Part shown: piece by piece, positions 1 to 14,200 of the stretch
Layout of the letters: the number at the start of each line of letters is the position of its first letter
Position numbering within the stretch: position 1 is the stretch's first letter
From: Balanoglossus misakiensis
Lineage: Eukaryota; Animalia; Hemichordata
Assembly (NCBI GenBank): GCA_040954595.2
Contig: CM082578.2
Coordinates: 13,020,520 to 13,084,519, forward strand
DNA length: 64,000 nucleotides
Direction: 5' to 3'
Position numbers and translations under genes: made by a program
Notes under the pieces: model-generated
Database searches by the model: none
The model's input: only the letters and a program-made list of their open reading frames with translations
What the model was told of the DNA's origin: nothing

Positions 1-3000
1 ATCTCCTCGCATCTGTACATGCATTTATGCAGTGGGTGTTAAGTGAAACCAAGCATATGCCAATGACATCATGGATCAGATGGAAGTCTGTATGACCTCT
101 GCAGAATTCAGATTGCATTTCTCATAATTGCATGTTCGTTGCATATACATGTCGAAGGGTTAATTTGCTGACTTGGCAAGAGTCACATTTCAACAAAGGC
201 TGCTGGCAGTGTTTTCATTTGCTAAATGCGCTGTTAAGGTGATAAAAATCCCATCAGGACAACTTTAATTTATGGAATATCATGTCGGATTTTTTGTGAG
301 ACGGTCATCCCTTTGGTTGTGTGTAGACATAGTGATGTGTGGAAGCAGCCAGTGTTCTGTGCTGTGTGAGAGTGACGTCACCTTCAGACATGATCGGCCG
401 AGAAAACCATCCTGCACTTGCATGCAGATATGGTTTGTTTAGACTTATTCACAGCAGTCCACACACGCATGTCTGCACTCTGTGATGGGACCATGAATAC
501 ACTACACTGTCTGCATGATGAGTGACGCCTATCCTCTGTTCTTCCCATGGCATGTCTGTGTTCAAGATTTCTACTTACAGATTTTGCAAGGCATAGAAGG
601 TCTAGATGTGAATGAGGCATTATTAGATCACAAATCTTGTTCACACATCTATGAAGGACCTTGTCATGGCTAAAATAACCCTCTCTTGTGATTATGGCAG
701 ATTTGGTCTGTGTTCCCACTTTCATTAGAAGCCAGTGGATGACTTTTGATGGATCGCCCTGCAATTGAGTTTTGCATTCAATGGACACGGTAGTGAAGGA
801 AGTTGACAAGAGCATACTGAAGTTGAACAGTGACCATCTCAGGAACATGCCTCTGAGCTGACACAGTTAGCAAATTGGGGTAATACATGTAGTATCATCA
901 GATAAGAAAGTCAGTCATCACTGTGGAACAACTCATCCATCAGTATCAAAGAATGCTGTTGCTATCGTCATCACAGAGTAATTCTCACAGATTACAGGTT
1001 GTTTTTGTTGACAACTTCCAGCTAACTTTTTGGAAGTTGATCTTAGCTCCTCTGATAATGACGTGCCGTTGCTATGGCAATTCCTCTCTTGTATCTCGGC
1101 ATATTGGTTTATGCAGGATTTCCTATTCAGATCTCTCTCATAAAGAACACAATTATTGGACTGCAAACTATATTTAGCTGCTGACTCTAGAAAGGTCTAT
1201 ATCCAAGCGTAGATGGAGGTCACTGTCTTGCTGAGTTTATTCATGACCATGTGCCACATCGTGCTCCAGCGCTGTGTACAGTCTGTATAACATTTAGTTT
1301 TCTTGTCTGCTGTTTTTCTCCGTAGTAGAGTAGGAAGTGAAAAATAAGAAATTTATGACTTGGGTTTAGACATGTACGTGTACTGGTATTTGAAAGCAGC
1401 TTGAGATGAAGTGAAGTGTGTTATTCTTCCTCTTTCACTGTGCATTGTCGTGATTTCACCGAGGGTCGCACAGGGGACATTTCCTGAATCCGGAACTGCA
1501 GTGCAGACATTAGGGGCAGTCCTTGCCCTGAACCCCCCGAGTGATGTCAAGCAGTGATCTCTTGGGCCATGAAATCCTTGTTATGTGGTACATGCTGGAA
1601 AGAATATTACTCTAGAAGTGAGATTTTTATGTGTCCAGTCTCAAGTTAAGCTCACTTCAAGACCCTTTGTGTTTTCGCTTTCTCTTGGTGGACCGAAGTG
1701 TCTTGGAAGTGCTCTCCTAAAGGGTTCACAAACACACTTGATATGATAAATACAATTTTATGTTGTAACACAGGCATGCAAGGTATAGTGCTGTGGACTT
1801 TCATTAACTCAGTACCAACTCCTACACCATTGTAACTCTCTGCACTGACTGTAAATGTAATGATGTAAGCAGCCTCCCATTGTGTTCAGGCCCGCATTGT
1901 CAGTAAAAACAGCTGCTTGCAAACCAACACTAATCTTTTATTCCGTTCTCTTATTCACTACCTACTTGTACAGTGGTACTCTACTGAAAGCAATCATTTT
2001 CAGCTTGCGTGAGCTAATAAAACAGGCCTGAGACCAGTTTCTGATGTCTGTTCAAACAATTACATGATAAACAAGAGGTTAGAGTGACCGCTGTCGCAGA
2101 CTGTACAGGACTAATTCAATAAAAACTTTTCAGACAAAAAATTGTGATAACAGTTGTTTTGTTACATGTAAATACTGAAGGGACCACTGACCCTTGGTGG
2201 TGTCTCCATTCTCTTGCAAATTATAAGTAGTAGTACCACCCTCTGTTATCACAATATCAAATCAGCTTTTTCCGCATTCTTGGACTTTACTTCAGGGCTG
2301 TGAAGTTTTGGACAATTTTATAACATATAGAATTATGGCCACTGTCTTCAAGACTGTCGACCACACAATTCTTGCATATAGGTTCCATTTAGATTCCATT
2401 GTTTCAAAATGAAGGAAACAAATATATATTTGAATTTTTTGGTCTTAATTATGTAACTGTATATTTTCAGACGGAGTGTGTGTGTTGTACAGATTGTATG
2501 TAAGACGAGCTGTACTCCCTCACAGTGTTACAAGGTAAACACTGTCCTAAGCTTACAAATGAGCAAACATGTGGCATTGCTCATGCCAAGTGTGATGCCA
2601 TCATTAGTGTAAAATGTTGTATAACAAGCAAGGAGTGCATTCTTGCGTGTCAGAACGGTGTCAACGGTGCAAGCAAGACTTGTGAGAAACGTTCAATGAA
2701 AGAAGCTGGTTTACCATGTTTTTGTTTTGTTTTGGATGTCTTGTCTCAGGAGTCTGTAAAATTAAAAAGAAGAGAAAAGGATTCTGTCTGTCATTCTGAG
2801 TTTTCGTCTTACATGTAGTTACATAGTTATTTGAGGATAATTGGTTCGCATTACATTGATTGATAGCTTTCTCGAGGTCAGGTGAGGTCAGGTCCAGGTC
2901 ATCTTAAGATAGTCAGACGGAAGACAAGAAGCATGCATGTACACAATATGGCTTGACACAGTTCAATGACATGAAAAGAAAGCTATATCAAAATTTTACA

Positions 3001-6000
3001 TTTTATATATTATTTTTATAGCATTATACATGTATATGTTGAGATATGGCCATATCTGTCATTTTTGTGGTTTTGTCAGTCCCATATGCTTTGTTGTTGT
3101 TTGACATAATAAAAGTGTGAGGTGGGTTTGCCAGCCATAGAGGAATTGTACCATTTTGTAGGGTATAGGGTTTCAGATGTGAAATGAAATATTGTGAATT
3201 ACACTTACAGTTTGTTACTTGTGCTAGTTTCAACTGTGAATAGCAGACAATCCTAAGGAGTTGACTCATTTAATTGTGAACTAAATTCTACTTCTGTATT
3301 ATGAAGGCAAGGGGTTTAATAGTCTTCCAGGCTTTAATCTTCTGTCTATATTTTATTGCCCTTAATCAAGTTAATGCTATTTTGAGTATATGTGATATCA
3401 ACAAAATGATTCCACATAGTAACTCGCATCCTGTTTTGTAAATAACCAGTGACATCATTGCGTCAGAAAACATAAATTGTGAAGATAAGATTTTTATGTT
3501 AGTTTCATGACAATTTCAGTCACAGGCATTTTTACTCCCAAATTTTTTTTTGCCAGTGATTAGATTTTCCAGGTATTTATTACAATCCAAGTCTGATAAG
3601 AGGACAGCGATTGTGTCACTCATAATATCTTCTCATCAGATCATCACGTATCAGTGTCAGAAAGGTATCTCACACTTGCCCATCTCATCACTGATGTTGT
3701 TTTAACCAAGAATTCCTGCCACTGTTTTCTAAAAAAAAAGCATGTCCACAGATAGAATTCCAGGTCGCATTTACCAGCTCCTACATGTACTAGAGTTTAT
3801 CTGCAACATGTCAGATAATTTGTCTTCAGCAATTGGCTCTCAATGGCAATATGCCAGACTGAGGATCAATGGTAGTGATGAGTCACACTGTATGACATAA
3901 TTTGAAAGTCCAACATGGATGTCTGACGGTGTTTTCCTAATATCATAAAGTCGATTGTATACAACAATACAGTCTGTAAGATTTTATTGCAATTGGCATT
4001 GCTGGAGTTCATTTTAACCCTCTCACCCCCGGTTCCCTAATGAGAGGTCCAGCCTTATGTATTCTAGGATCGGGGTGGTTGTTTATGGAGGTCCACATTC
4101 TGTCTCAAGACATGACAGTACCCGTACAATATTCATTGGTAACATAAAAAAATGTCTTCTGTAATTGAACCATGTGACTGTGTCATTAAGAAAAAGAAAA
4201 CCCTGCGGAGATGTGGCAAGAGAAACCGGTAGAGCTTGTTCATGTAACACCAAGAAAAATTTCCCTGTAATGAGTAGCAATTGTCATATGATTTATGTCT
4301 GTATAGATGGCTGATGATGATCTTGCCAGCATTTTGTTGTTCACATGTTTAGACCTGCATCACGGTGATTGCATGCCAAGTCAACTGTTATTGTGACCAT
4401 GATCAAAGCAACATTGATATGAAAATTGTCATAGTGCAGTGTTGTACAATGTATCACATTCCATTGAATTGAGATGTGTTTTGTCTGGTATACATTGGAG
4501 GGGTATAAACATCACGTTTCGCCTCACGAGCGCTTTATGTAGATCACACTATAAGCTCAAGGTTGCAAGATTCTCAGGCTTAAAATGTGCGTGCACGGTG
4601 TTACTGTTGCTAGAGCTCACATGAGTTACTCCCAGACGGGTCCAGGTTCTACTTCAGAGATTTACCTCGTGCGGACAGATGTTTGCAAGCCTACAAATGC
4701 ATTGCCTTGAGGTGTTTTGGAGGATTCCAGTTTTCCCCTTTACTTATGGAGGGCTATTCGCAATCTGGTGAGTTGATAGGACAACACAACAGGTATTGCA
4801 TACCACGTTTTGCCAAACAATCATAGATTTTGGGTATTTTCACATTTTTTGTACTATCCCAGATGTCATCATAGTCCAGTTTGTACTTGTGAGGGGCTAC
4901 TTTCACCAAGTACACACACCATTCTCATTCTCAAAATTTCCCCAGTCTGCTCGATGTTTATGTCAACCTTGTTGATGGATAAACAGATGCAGAAAAACCA
5001 AGGAAATCACATTGAAACTGGCAAGGTTGTGGAGTATTTTCGGCGTTGCCTGGTTTAAGCATTCTGCACACGTAACAATTGAAACTGGCGACATCTATCC
5101 ATTGTTTGTCACAGTTTGGTGCAGCATATGGGGATGTCTGTGTCATGCGGCACACTTGGTCAATAAAAGTATTAATATATAAAATTAATGGCCCATTCAC
5201 TCGCTCTGTGCCCTGACAGTTAGAAATTGTAGGTTATAAAACAAATTATGCAAATTTAGGCCAACTTTCAGTCAGCAAACAACTACTGGACCTTTTATAT
5301 AATATATATTTAAATCCATGGAATGCTACTTTAATTAATATTAAAGCTAGAGTCATCTTAAATATTAATTGAAGTTTGTGATCATAATATAATTATTACA
5401 AAAGGAATTCCAAATTTTGTCATTTGATAATTTTGTGCTGGGTACAAGATACTTGATAGTGCATGAGATTGATTTCTGGAATAGAAGGGTAGTATGTTTA
5501 ACAATCATGTTCTGACAGGTGTCTGGACAGCTATGTAGGGAGAGGACATATTTTCTGGTATGAAATGTCATAGTAGATGGAACAAAAATATACAAGGGGA
5601 TCTTATGCAGTGACAGTAATTGTATACTCTAATGAAGCAGTGTAAAAAGATCTACCATGCTTTAGGATTGTACCGAAGGTATTTCGTGCAGATGGAACAT
5701 GGATCACCTGTCCCCTAAAGTTAAAATCTGAACAGGGAAGGGATTTTTAACATTTATTCTGACTTGATGTGTAACAACTACCAGCTGAAAGATTCAGATG
5801 TGTTCAGGAAAGTGGTGTTCATTCTCAGAACTTTTGAAGTTTGGAGTAACTGGAGTTGATACTTGGATGATGACTGAACTGTATGTGAATACTGATTTGA
5901 AATGGAGGCAGTGAAAATGCTTTGGCTGATAACCAGAAATTGGATAAGAGGACATTCTAATTTTTCATGTAACTTACTAAAATGTGACCAGCATTGATAA

Positions 6001-8053
6001 AATCTGATATGAAGTTCTTATGGAAAGCAGAATGGCCATGCTTTTAGGGCCATTTCCCCTTTTATCAATCTGTCAGAGGCTGACGTTATTGGAATTCCCA
6101 GCCTAAATGACTTTCTTTCATACAATCATTGCCCCGAACTATATTCATTCCTATTGGTGTGTCTACATCTGCCTGCCAATTTCATAGTTGCATACTTCTC
6201 GTATCTAATGGTCCATACAATCTGAAATCAAATGGGGAGTCTCCTTACAAACCCGACTGCTGCCATGTTTGCTGTTTGAAATTCATGTTTCTGGAATTGC
6301 AACGCAACTAAGGCAATATTTAAGTGTGATTTGGTAGGGTGTAATAGAGCAGAGTCTATTTACTTGAAGTAAGGCAAACCAGGTTACACTTTACGGGTAT
6401 TTGTAAAAGTAAATAGATTGAGTGGCAATAAGTACTTTAAACACTTGTTCATGGTTCAGTAGAAAGAGAATAAAACGACTAATGGTAATAACTTGAAAGA
6501 TGGATACTGATTGGTCAGTTCCCTTACTGTGCAGTTTTAAATTATCCAGTTTGAATCAACCACAGCAGTATTGCTGGTCTGACAGTATATGTGGAAGGGA
6601 CAGATGCAATAGAATCCGTTCTACCTAAAGGACATGTTTGTTGTACATATACTGTTGACAGAAATAAGCATTTGGCACTTCCGCATTGAATGACTATTCT
6701 GATGTGATGGCTTTACAAACTGTGAGTCAACAATCAGTAGCCTAACTGTTAACTGTGTCCACAAGTGTGGAGTATTTCAAAGTTGACTTCGTGAACCCAG
6801 CCCATCATTTATCACAGAAAGTGTTACCAGTCCACGTGGAGGCTACACACTTGTTATGGACAGCTCTCGAACGAGGGCACTAAGTAAGATAGAGGGCGCT
6901 GTTTAATGAGGTGTACTGCAGATATTATTACTTTGCAACTATGTGAACTGCACATAAACTAGGACCGTTAAAATTATGTGGTTGTCTGTTCCAAGTCACG
7001 TTTTGGGCAAGAGGTCGATGAACTACATGTAGGAATATTTCACAATGGAACCGGTCTGGTTTATCGTGTGTTCAGTTTAGAAAGGGTACGGTTTAGGAAG
7101 TGTATTGTGTTGATGTGGTTCACTGCACTGTACTGGCTATTCAAATGGTATCAGACCAAATGAGAATGTAATATAACTGGAACGCATGACCATACCACAA
7201 GCTATTTATGCTTGAAATGTTTCAACTTCAGATACTGCATCTTAACAAACTCCTGAAGTATGTAAGGAACCCATAAACAATATCTAATCTCAAGGAAGAG
7301 TGTGTTTTAACTTTGTAGTGATAAAGTTGCCCCGAAACAGGACTTGAAATCAGGTAGAAGATGAAACACTGTGCTGGATGTGTTGCTATAAAAGGCTTTT
7401 GCAATCTGGGTTACATGTAATGAAAACGCTGAATTGATTTGCTTCGAGAGATTTGCTTTGACCTGAAGGATTTATGGTAGTATACGTGCAAAATACTGGA
7501 TTTGGGGTCATACAACATGTATGTCAACAGTGAGAGGGAGAGAGGGATGAGACTGGTAATTTAAGAACTGCTTTTATGATATACATGTAATTAACCACCT
7601 CCGACAGTTGGTCTCAATATCTCATCAGATAAAAAAAAATGATTGTTCCATCAACATGATTTAGTATTCATCCTTTGCATTTCTAATTAAAATTACAATA
7701 GCAATATCTGCATGTTCCGCTTGGCTGAATGAAACGACCCAGGCATTGTCTAGTCAAGTCAGGGAAGTCATCATTTTGCACATTTACTGTGTCTAGGACC
7801 AGCTGTTAACAATTGCCTGAGTTTTTCACATCAATGATAACACATGGCAGATTCCCAAATACTGTTCTGCCTAAATTTCTTCAGATTGCATACGTCCCGT
7901 AAAATTCAGAAAGTGTCATTCATCTGTTGGTTTTGTGTATGCATGTGGGTCATTATAAAATAAAATTAATGCAAATTAACGTAGCCTCGGTTTACGAGTA
8001 TATAGTGTCTCGTTTTGTACCATGTTGGTAGTTATATTTGGATCAAACAGTAA

Positions 8054-8217
8054 ATGTTGTCGGTACATCCGGCAGTACATGTACGTCACAGCGCGAATGT
8101 AAATTTCTCCAGAGAGACACCGACAGCAGTCCAAACTGCTGGTGTTGACGGACAGCCAGGCTTTGAGTTGTTCCGTCGTCTCCCTGTCCAATTTCCAATT
8201 AGCCAGGTTGTCATCAG
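8054..8217 (+). CDS. Candidate alternative first coding exon of IQSEC (MLSVHPAVHVRHSANV...FPISQVVI)
   Basis: ATG-initiated ORF in a locally CpG-retaining patch. It ends ATC AG|GTGGGA, a phase-2 donor compatible with the phase-2 acceptor at 19900. No homology recognised. Confidence 0.35.
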
Positions 8218-11200
8218 GTGGGAACTGAATTATTAACAGCCAATGAGGTATGATAATGTCATTACCTTTTTTGCATTTTGGTAGCTTTTAATATTTCCCT
8301 CATTTGTGTGCCTCGTGTCATGGATATTCATTTCACTGTCGCGTGTCTACCTTTTCAGCGATCATTCTTCAGTCACGGGATATATTTGATACGCACATTT
8401 CTCCCACACCTAACTGTTTCCACTGATATTATCAGATGCGGCTATGAAGGTCTGTATATACACTGTGTTAATATCAGAACATTTTTTTCATCAGTGTGTA
8501 TGAATTCCTGTATGTTCACAAATGTCTCTTTGTAAGCCGTGCAGGTGAAGCCAATAACAGAAAAATATGGCTTCTTTATTTATACTCTAGGGTCCGTCTG
8601 ATGCACCACGTTGCTTGCAACGTGTTTCTGATTCCTAACAAACATCAGGTGGACATATTGTCTTATTTCATAACGTCAAATTTCATATTTGAGTTGTATC
8701 TCGTGTGTAAATTTATACCATAACGATTGGTTTGATATGAATCATTATTGTCACGGTATTTTTTACCACGTGGTGTTCAATGTAGGTTTTACTAGAATTC
8801 AGGAACTGCGTATTATTAGCAATATCTCTGCTGATTCACGGCAGGGCACCAGTCTGTTATATTGTTTTATTCCAGCTCTCAATTTACCCCATTAAAAGCC
8901 AATCATGTGAGTAAAATTTCATCAGTTAATTCAATCATCAACTTCATTGTGTGATGGGGAGAGAGGGACATCCCAGCTGCCAGGGGATCCATTATCAGGC
9001 CATAAAAGTATTCTCAACAGAAACTATGCCAGTTCAGTATCTCAAGTCAAATACTCTGTGCTGTGATAAGGAAGTGTTAGGACCCCTATGTGACCAATTA
9101 CTCTGAATCTATGACTACAGATGTACCATATGCCGCGTTCTGAATGTCATTTGTGGCATCTGGCATAATGGCTGATGAAAACTGTAGCCCTCCATGTGGA
9201 TAAATTGATTTTCAATGGTTTCATTTCTCTGTATGTTTCACAGGCTTTCTTCAAAAATGTAGCTTGTAGAGTTCCTGGTTCATATGCCCCAATGGGCATA
9301 AAAAGAGCTGCGATGTCAACAAACTAGATTCTTTTTATCTGCCTACAATGTGAGAAAACAGCTTTCGTGAATGAAGAAAGAGAAAATAATTTATCACTGC
9401 TGATTGAATGAATGAGATGTGGGAGATGAGAGGGACGAAAATAAATCAGTTGGACCCAAATTTGTAATGACTCAATATATTGTCAACATGAATCATGAAT
9501 ACTTTCATGAGAGTAATAGAATTTTTGTGAAGGATCTTTTTAACCAATTTCAAAGGCAATTGTCATGAAAATTATATCACCACTATGTGCGTCGATTTCT
9601 CTTCAGATTTGGTTCTGATGAAAAACGAACTGCTGCATAGCCTTCTCAAGTGCTAGATGTTATTAAAAGTGACTCATCCATCCCCCAAACACAATTAACC
9701 ATTCTGTATTTACGCTTACATGAAGGTGTCCTGCACTATTAAAATCAACTCAGAAACAGAATAGATCAAATCTGCCATGAGCACTCACTGGACATTGAGT
9801 GACCCCACTGTTGAACCTCTGCTGATTTATTCTGCTGGCCAGGACTAATGAACAAATACTGAGAGTTGTGGGAAAAAATATGTTAATGAAGTTCCATGTT
9901 GTACATGAGATTACATCATACCTTTCATTCATGCCAGTTTAGCACATTTATTATTCTTATTGTTCTGTACAGTACAGTATGCATATGTGATGGAATCAGA
10001 TGAATTGTTTCTCAGTGATTAGAAAGAATAGGAGAATGAAATAACTGGTACATGGTGAGATGCTGGACAGTTACATGTATATGCATGACTAGGCAATGCT
10101 AAATGGAAAAAGACTTTGCATTCAAGTTTTCATTACACCAAAACTAATATGTGACTTTTACATGTTATGATCAAAACACAGCATATTTTTCTCAAGTGTT
10201 GTACTTCACCACAGGGAACTGGCTCCATCAAAGGCCGATATGCGTGTGCTGCATAGTTGTGTTTTAATAAGGGTACCGGGGGTATGGTTTGTGGCGTAAT
10301 TCCGCAGATGCCTGTTATGCCCATGTTTTCGCTGCCGTCTGTAAACAGTCTGCATTGCTGTATGGGGCTGATGGGATAACAATAACAATCGCTTTTCCAA
10401 GGAGGTGGAAGCTGATAGGGGGAGTTCCTGAAGAACCGGGATCACATGTGCCAGGAAGTGTTTACGCGTGCCAGGCACAAGTCATATCCTGACGGTTTGT
10501 TGTAGAGGCAACGTCATTTGGATTTGCTGGTGAGAGCAGACATCTCACAGGCTTGGAGTCGAGTGGAGTGGAGTGGGGAACTTTTCATTGCTGGTTTCAG
10601 TGGCTTCTGTCCTCCCGGTAGGTGATAAAATTACTTTCCAGAAAGTTCCTCATTAAAGTGTCAAGTTTGTTTATTTTCTCATTTTGTTGTGTTCATGGAC
10701 TACATCTAATTGGGACTAAATGGTGGACAATTACTGTTGATGGTATCACAAACCTTGTAAATTTAACCGGTGATTGACACATTGGCATTGAAATTAGCTG
10801 GCAATCCAGTCCATTGGGTTTTGTAACTTGTGCAGTTTTGACCAAACTGATTAGGCCAGGCTTCGCTGTATATACTGGTATCATATGTTGGAAATTCTAC
10901 TTCAGTCCACAGTGTCAGCATCCCAGTAGAAACATGGTGTCCTCCCCTTAGTTTGAATTGGTTGTCAACAACCAAAGTAGAAGGGGTACGTGGCTGCTAG
11001 CTGTAACCTTGAGGTTACACCAAGGATGTTGCATAATTTGTGAGCGTGTTTAAACTACATGTTAAATACATATGTCTTTGGAAATGTGAGCTACAGGAAA
11101 ATAGACATGATTTCTGGCTGTGGACGTGATTTGTGACTGTGAGTGACGTACATGTACATGTGGCTTCAGGGATGCTGTGTACCAGAATCATGTCTCCATG

Positions 11201-14200
11201 GTCGTGTAGATCAGCAAATATTTGACTGCCAAGCAGTTACTTTTTTTCAAAAATAATTGTTATTTTTTCAAAGCATTCTGTAGATTGAAGTGTGACTTCA
11301 GGAAAGTTCACAGTTTTTGGACCAAGATTCTTCTTTACTTTCATGGTGATGGCGGTTTTTGCAGTTTTTTGTAAAAGCAACACTGGAGATTACACAGTGG
11401 AACACAGCACACGCGTGTCTGTCTCATTCCATATGATATATCGCTGCATTGATTGAAACCGGTCTCTCAGTAATATCCGTGTGATGCTAGGCCTGATTGC
11501 ATTCTTCAGAAGGCATTGACTTCCCACATTTTTCCCATGCCATCCAACCACTATCAGATGGAATGGGGATATTCAGTGAACTTGACAGCCGCCACATGGA
11601 ATATATGTGGTCTCCTTACGGGGGAGTTAAAACTTCAGAATCAACATTTTCTCTGTTGGCTCGCCTCATTTCTGATAAGCATGCATTTCCCCATCAAAAA
11701 GACATTGCTCAATATTTCATAGTGTTTGATACATTCGATAATAGTCAATAAATAGATATGTTTCTCTTTTTATAGCTCTTTGTTGTGCAGAGCAAAATAT
11801 GGTACTCATTTGTCGTAGAAACAGAACCCTCAGTAATTGAATGCAAAAAAATAGTTCTGCCAAAATATTACAGCTTTGGTACAGCTGCCATATGTCAGCA
11901 CACATGGTGAACTGTGTATGGCTTGTACAATATGTGATGATGGCCATGGAAGTTGAAAGGTCATCTATATATGGTATCTCACCCCACATCCCATGGTGGG
12001 TGTGGTCGTTGATGATCATTTGCCAAAGATTGCTTCTGGTGACACCGACATGTACGTGTAGCTATCTGATGGTCTACCTGTGAACTCACTGAACCGCACT
12101 TTGAAGACAAGATCGCATCATTAACAGGCCAGTTGTTAATGTTTATCTGTCTTTAAAGTGGTTTCTCTTGTCTTTTCCCTGAAGCAATACTTTTTGGTCT
12201 ATTAGTCATTTCGATTGAAATGCCAGAGTTTGCCTCTTTACATGTGATCCATCTGTGTGATATCCTCATATTGTTGATCATACAAGCTCCTTGTACACCG
12301 TCCTTGTATTTGAGAAACCCATGTGGAGGGATGAAATCAGAGGTCTCTGGATAGGTCAGTGGAAAACAAGACCTTGGCTGGTTTTCTTGAATCTGGAGGT
12401 GGGATGTTTTAAGTTGATTTGATATGGTATTAGATTTCTTTTCAGTGTCCAAAGTATAGGGAAAACATATTATGGTCAGTCATTCTGGTATGATCCAATG
12501 TGTCTGTAGAATTGCAATGTGATGTGATGTGATTTTCATCCTGTTGCAGTACTATAATTTTGAAGTACAAATGGAAAAGTCAAACTTCTGACAGAAAATT
12601 GGCAGCAACATTGCCACACACACACTTTAGCTGCAGCGTACTGGTACTGTACATGTAATTGAAAAGAACACGTACCCCTGGCCAATGTTTTTGAGAAATG
12701 AATGAAATAAATCTCTCCACATGCATTGTATGATAAGACGTCTTGTGACACATGTATATATAGCCTGCAGTCAGCTGGGGGTATCTTGTTTAGATCGGTA
12801 TGATAAAATGCCATATCGGTTACTGTATTGATCATCTCAGAACATATCATTTGTAATGGCGGTATGGCTGTAGCCATGACCTGGTGATGACCTTGGTCAG
12901 ATGCCATCAAGGTGGTAACAGCTGCCAGTTTATGTCAATCTACCATTAGCAATTTTAAGACTGTCAAAGTTTGCTTCTCGGAGATGTAAACATCTCCCCA
13001 AGACCTTGAGGGAACCGGACCCCCATGATACAATATGTAGGTTAGGTTGGTCCCAGACAGAGTGAAATATGGTACATGACATGTATGTTGATGTAATGAA
13101 TGTTTTGGTGCCAGGAGAAAAAAAAACCCAGTCATTTTCTGTATCAGAGAGTAGTGGTGTGGTTTTCTGGGTTTTTTTTATGGATAATGGAGGTCTTTGC
13201 AGATCTTTTATCATGGTTTGGTCACACGGATTATAAACGATATTGACAATGTTATGCTAGCCGGGTTTTATCGCCTGACATCAGTGTACATCACATTCAC
13301 GCAATATGCACGCCCACATGGACATGTCACAACCAGCAGCAAGTATGTTGATGTTGTGTTATCTACCCATGCATACTGACACGTCTGATGCAATTGATAG
13401 TGGGATACATGTGATGCTCATTAATAGATACGCGAGATCCACATCCGTGTCGGTGGATACATAAATGTTATTGTATTGCATTGATATGACGTCAACATGC
13501 AGACTGGAAAATGTGCTACGGTTCTTTGGTCAATTAAACATCATGCATGGATTTAAAAGTCGGGTCAGTCATCAGGGTACATAGCGAGATTGGGTAAAAT
13601 TGGTAATATAAGAACTGACTGCTTGTGCACAAGTAATTTAGTACTCAAACACGTGTACACCGTACCACTGTCTGATGAAGTAAGTTTTTTTTTGCATGAA
13701 CACTAAATGCTAGAGATTTCCTAAACCACATCTGGATTGGATGGCCTTTGATTTGTGGTAGCAGCAGGGGTAAACAGACCAAGAATGCCTTGACCATGAT
13801 AAACTAGTTCCACACTCGACTGTCAGAAATCTGTTCCAGGCGCAAAAGCACAAGACAAACGTATTTATTGATATAACATTGGGTGTGACTTCTACTATTG
13901 TTTTTAGAGTTGAATCCCCAGCCACTGTAGGTGGGGGTTGGTTTGTTTAGATGGTAAATGTGCCGAGGTGGGTAGAAGTGATGAAAACTGCCGAGTGAAT
14001 TCCTACAGAAGAATTTTGCCATCCAACGAATCATGCACACTCTGGAACATGTACATTGCCTGCTCTGACAATGTAAACACAAGAACTTTTTTTCTGCCCC
14101 CGGAGGTCATTTCTTTGACGCAAGGCTGTGACCTACTCTACATTGTCCCAACTCCACTCAATTGACCTTCCAGTCAAAAGTGATGTAATTCTTTCCGACT

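Noticed and set aside
384-848. 154-aa minus-strand ORF and other short ORFs in 1-19 kb
   Set aside because: No recognisable domain, intron-like composition and no convincing splice framework. Most likely chance ORFs inside the IQSEC intron.
2471-2534. AG...GT-bounded 64-nt segment (ttttcag / gtaaac)
   Set aside because: Could be a UTR exon, but it is not a multiple of three and has no supporting homology.
4590-4760. Faint resemblance to a decayed tRNA-derived SINE
   Set aside because: A and B boxes are too degenerate and no second copy was seen in the window.
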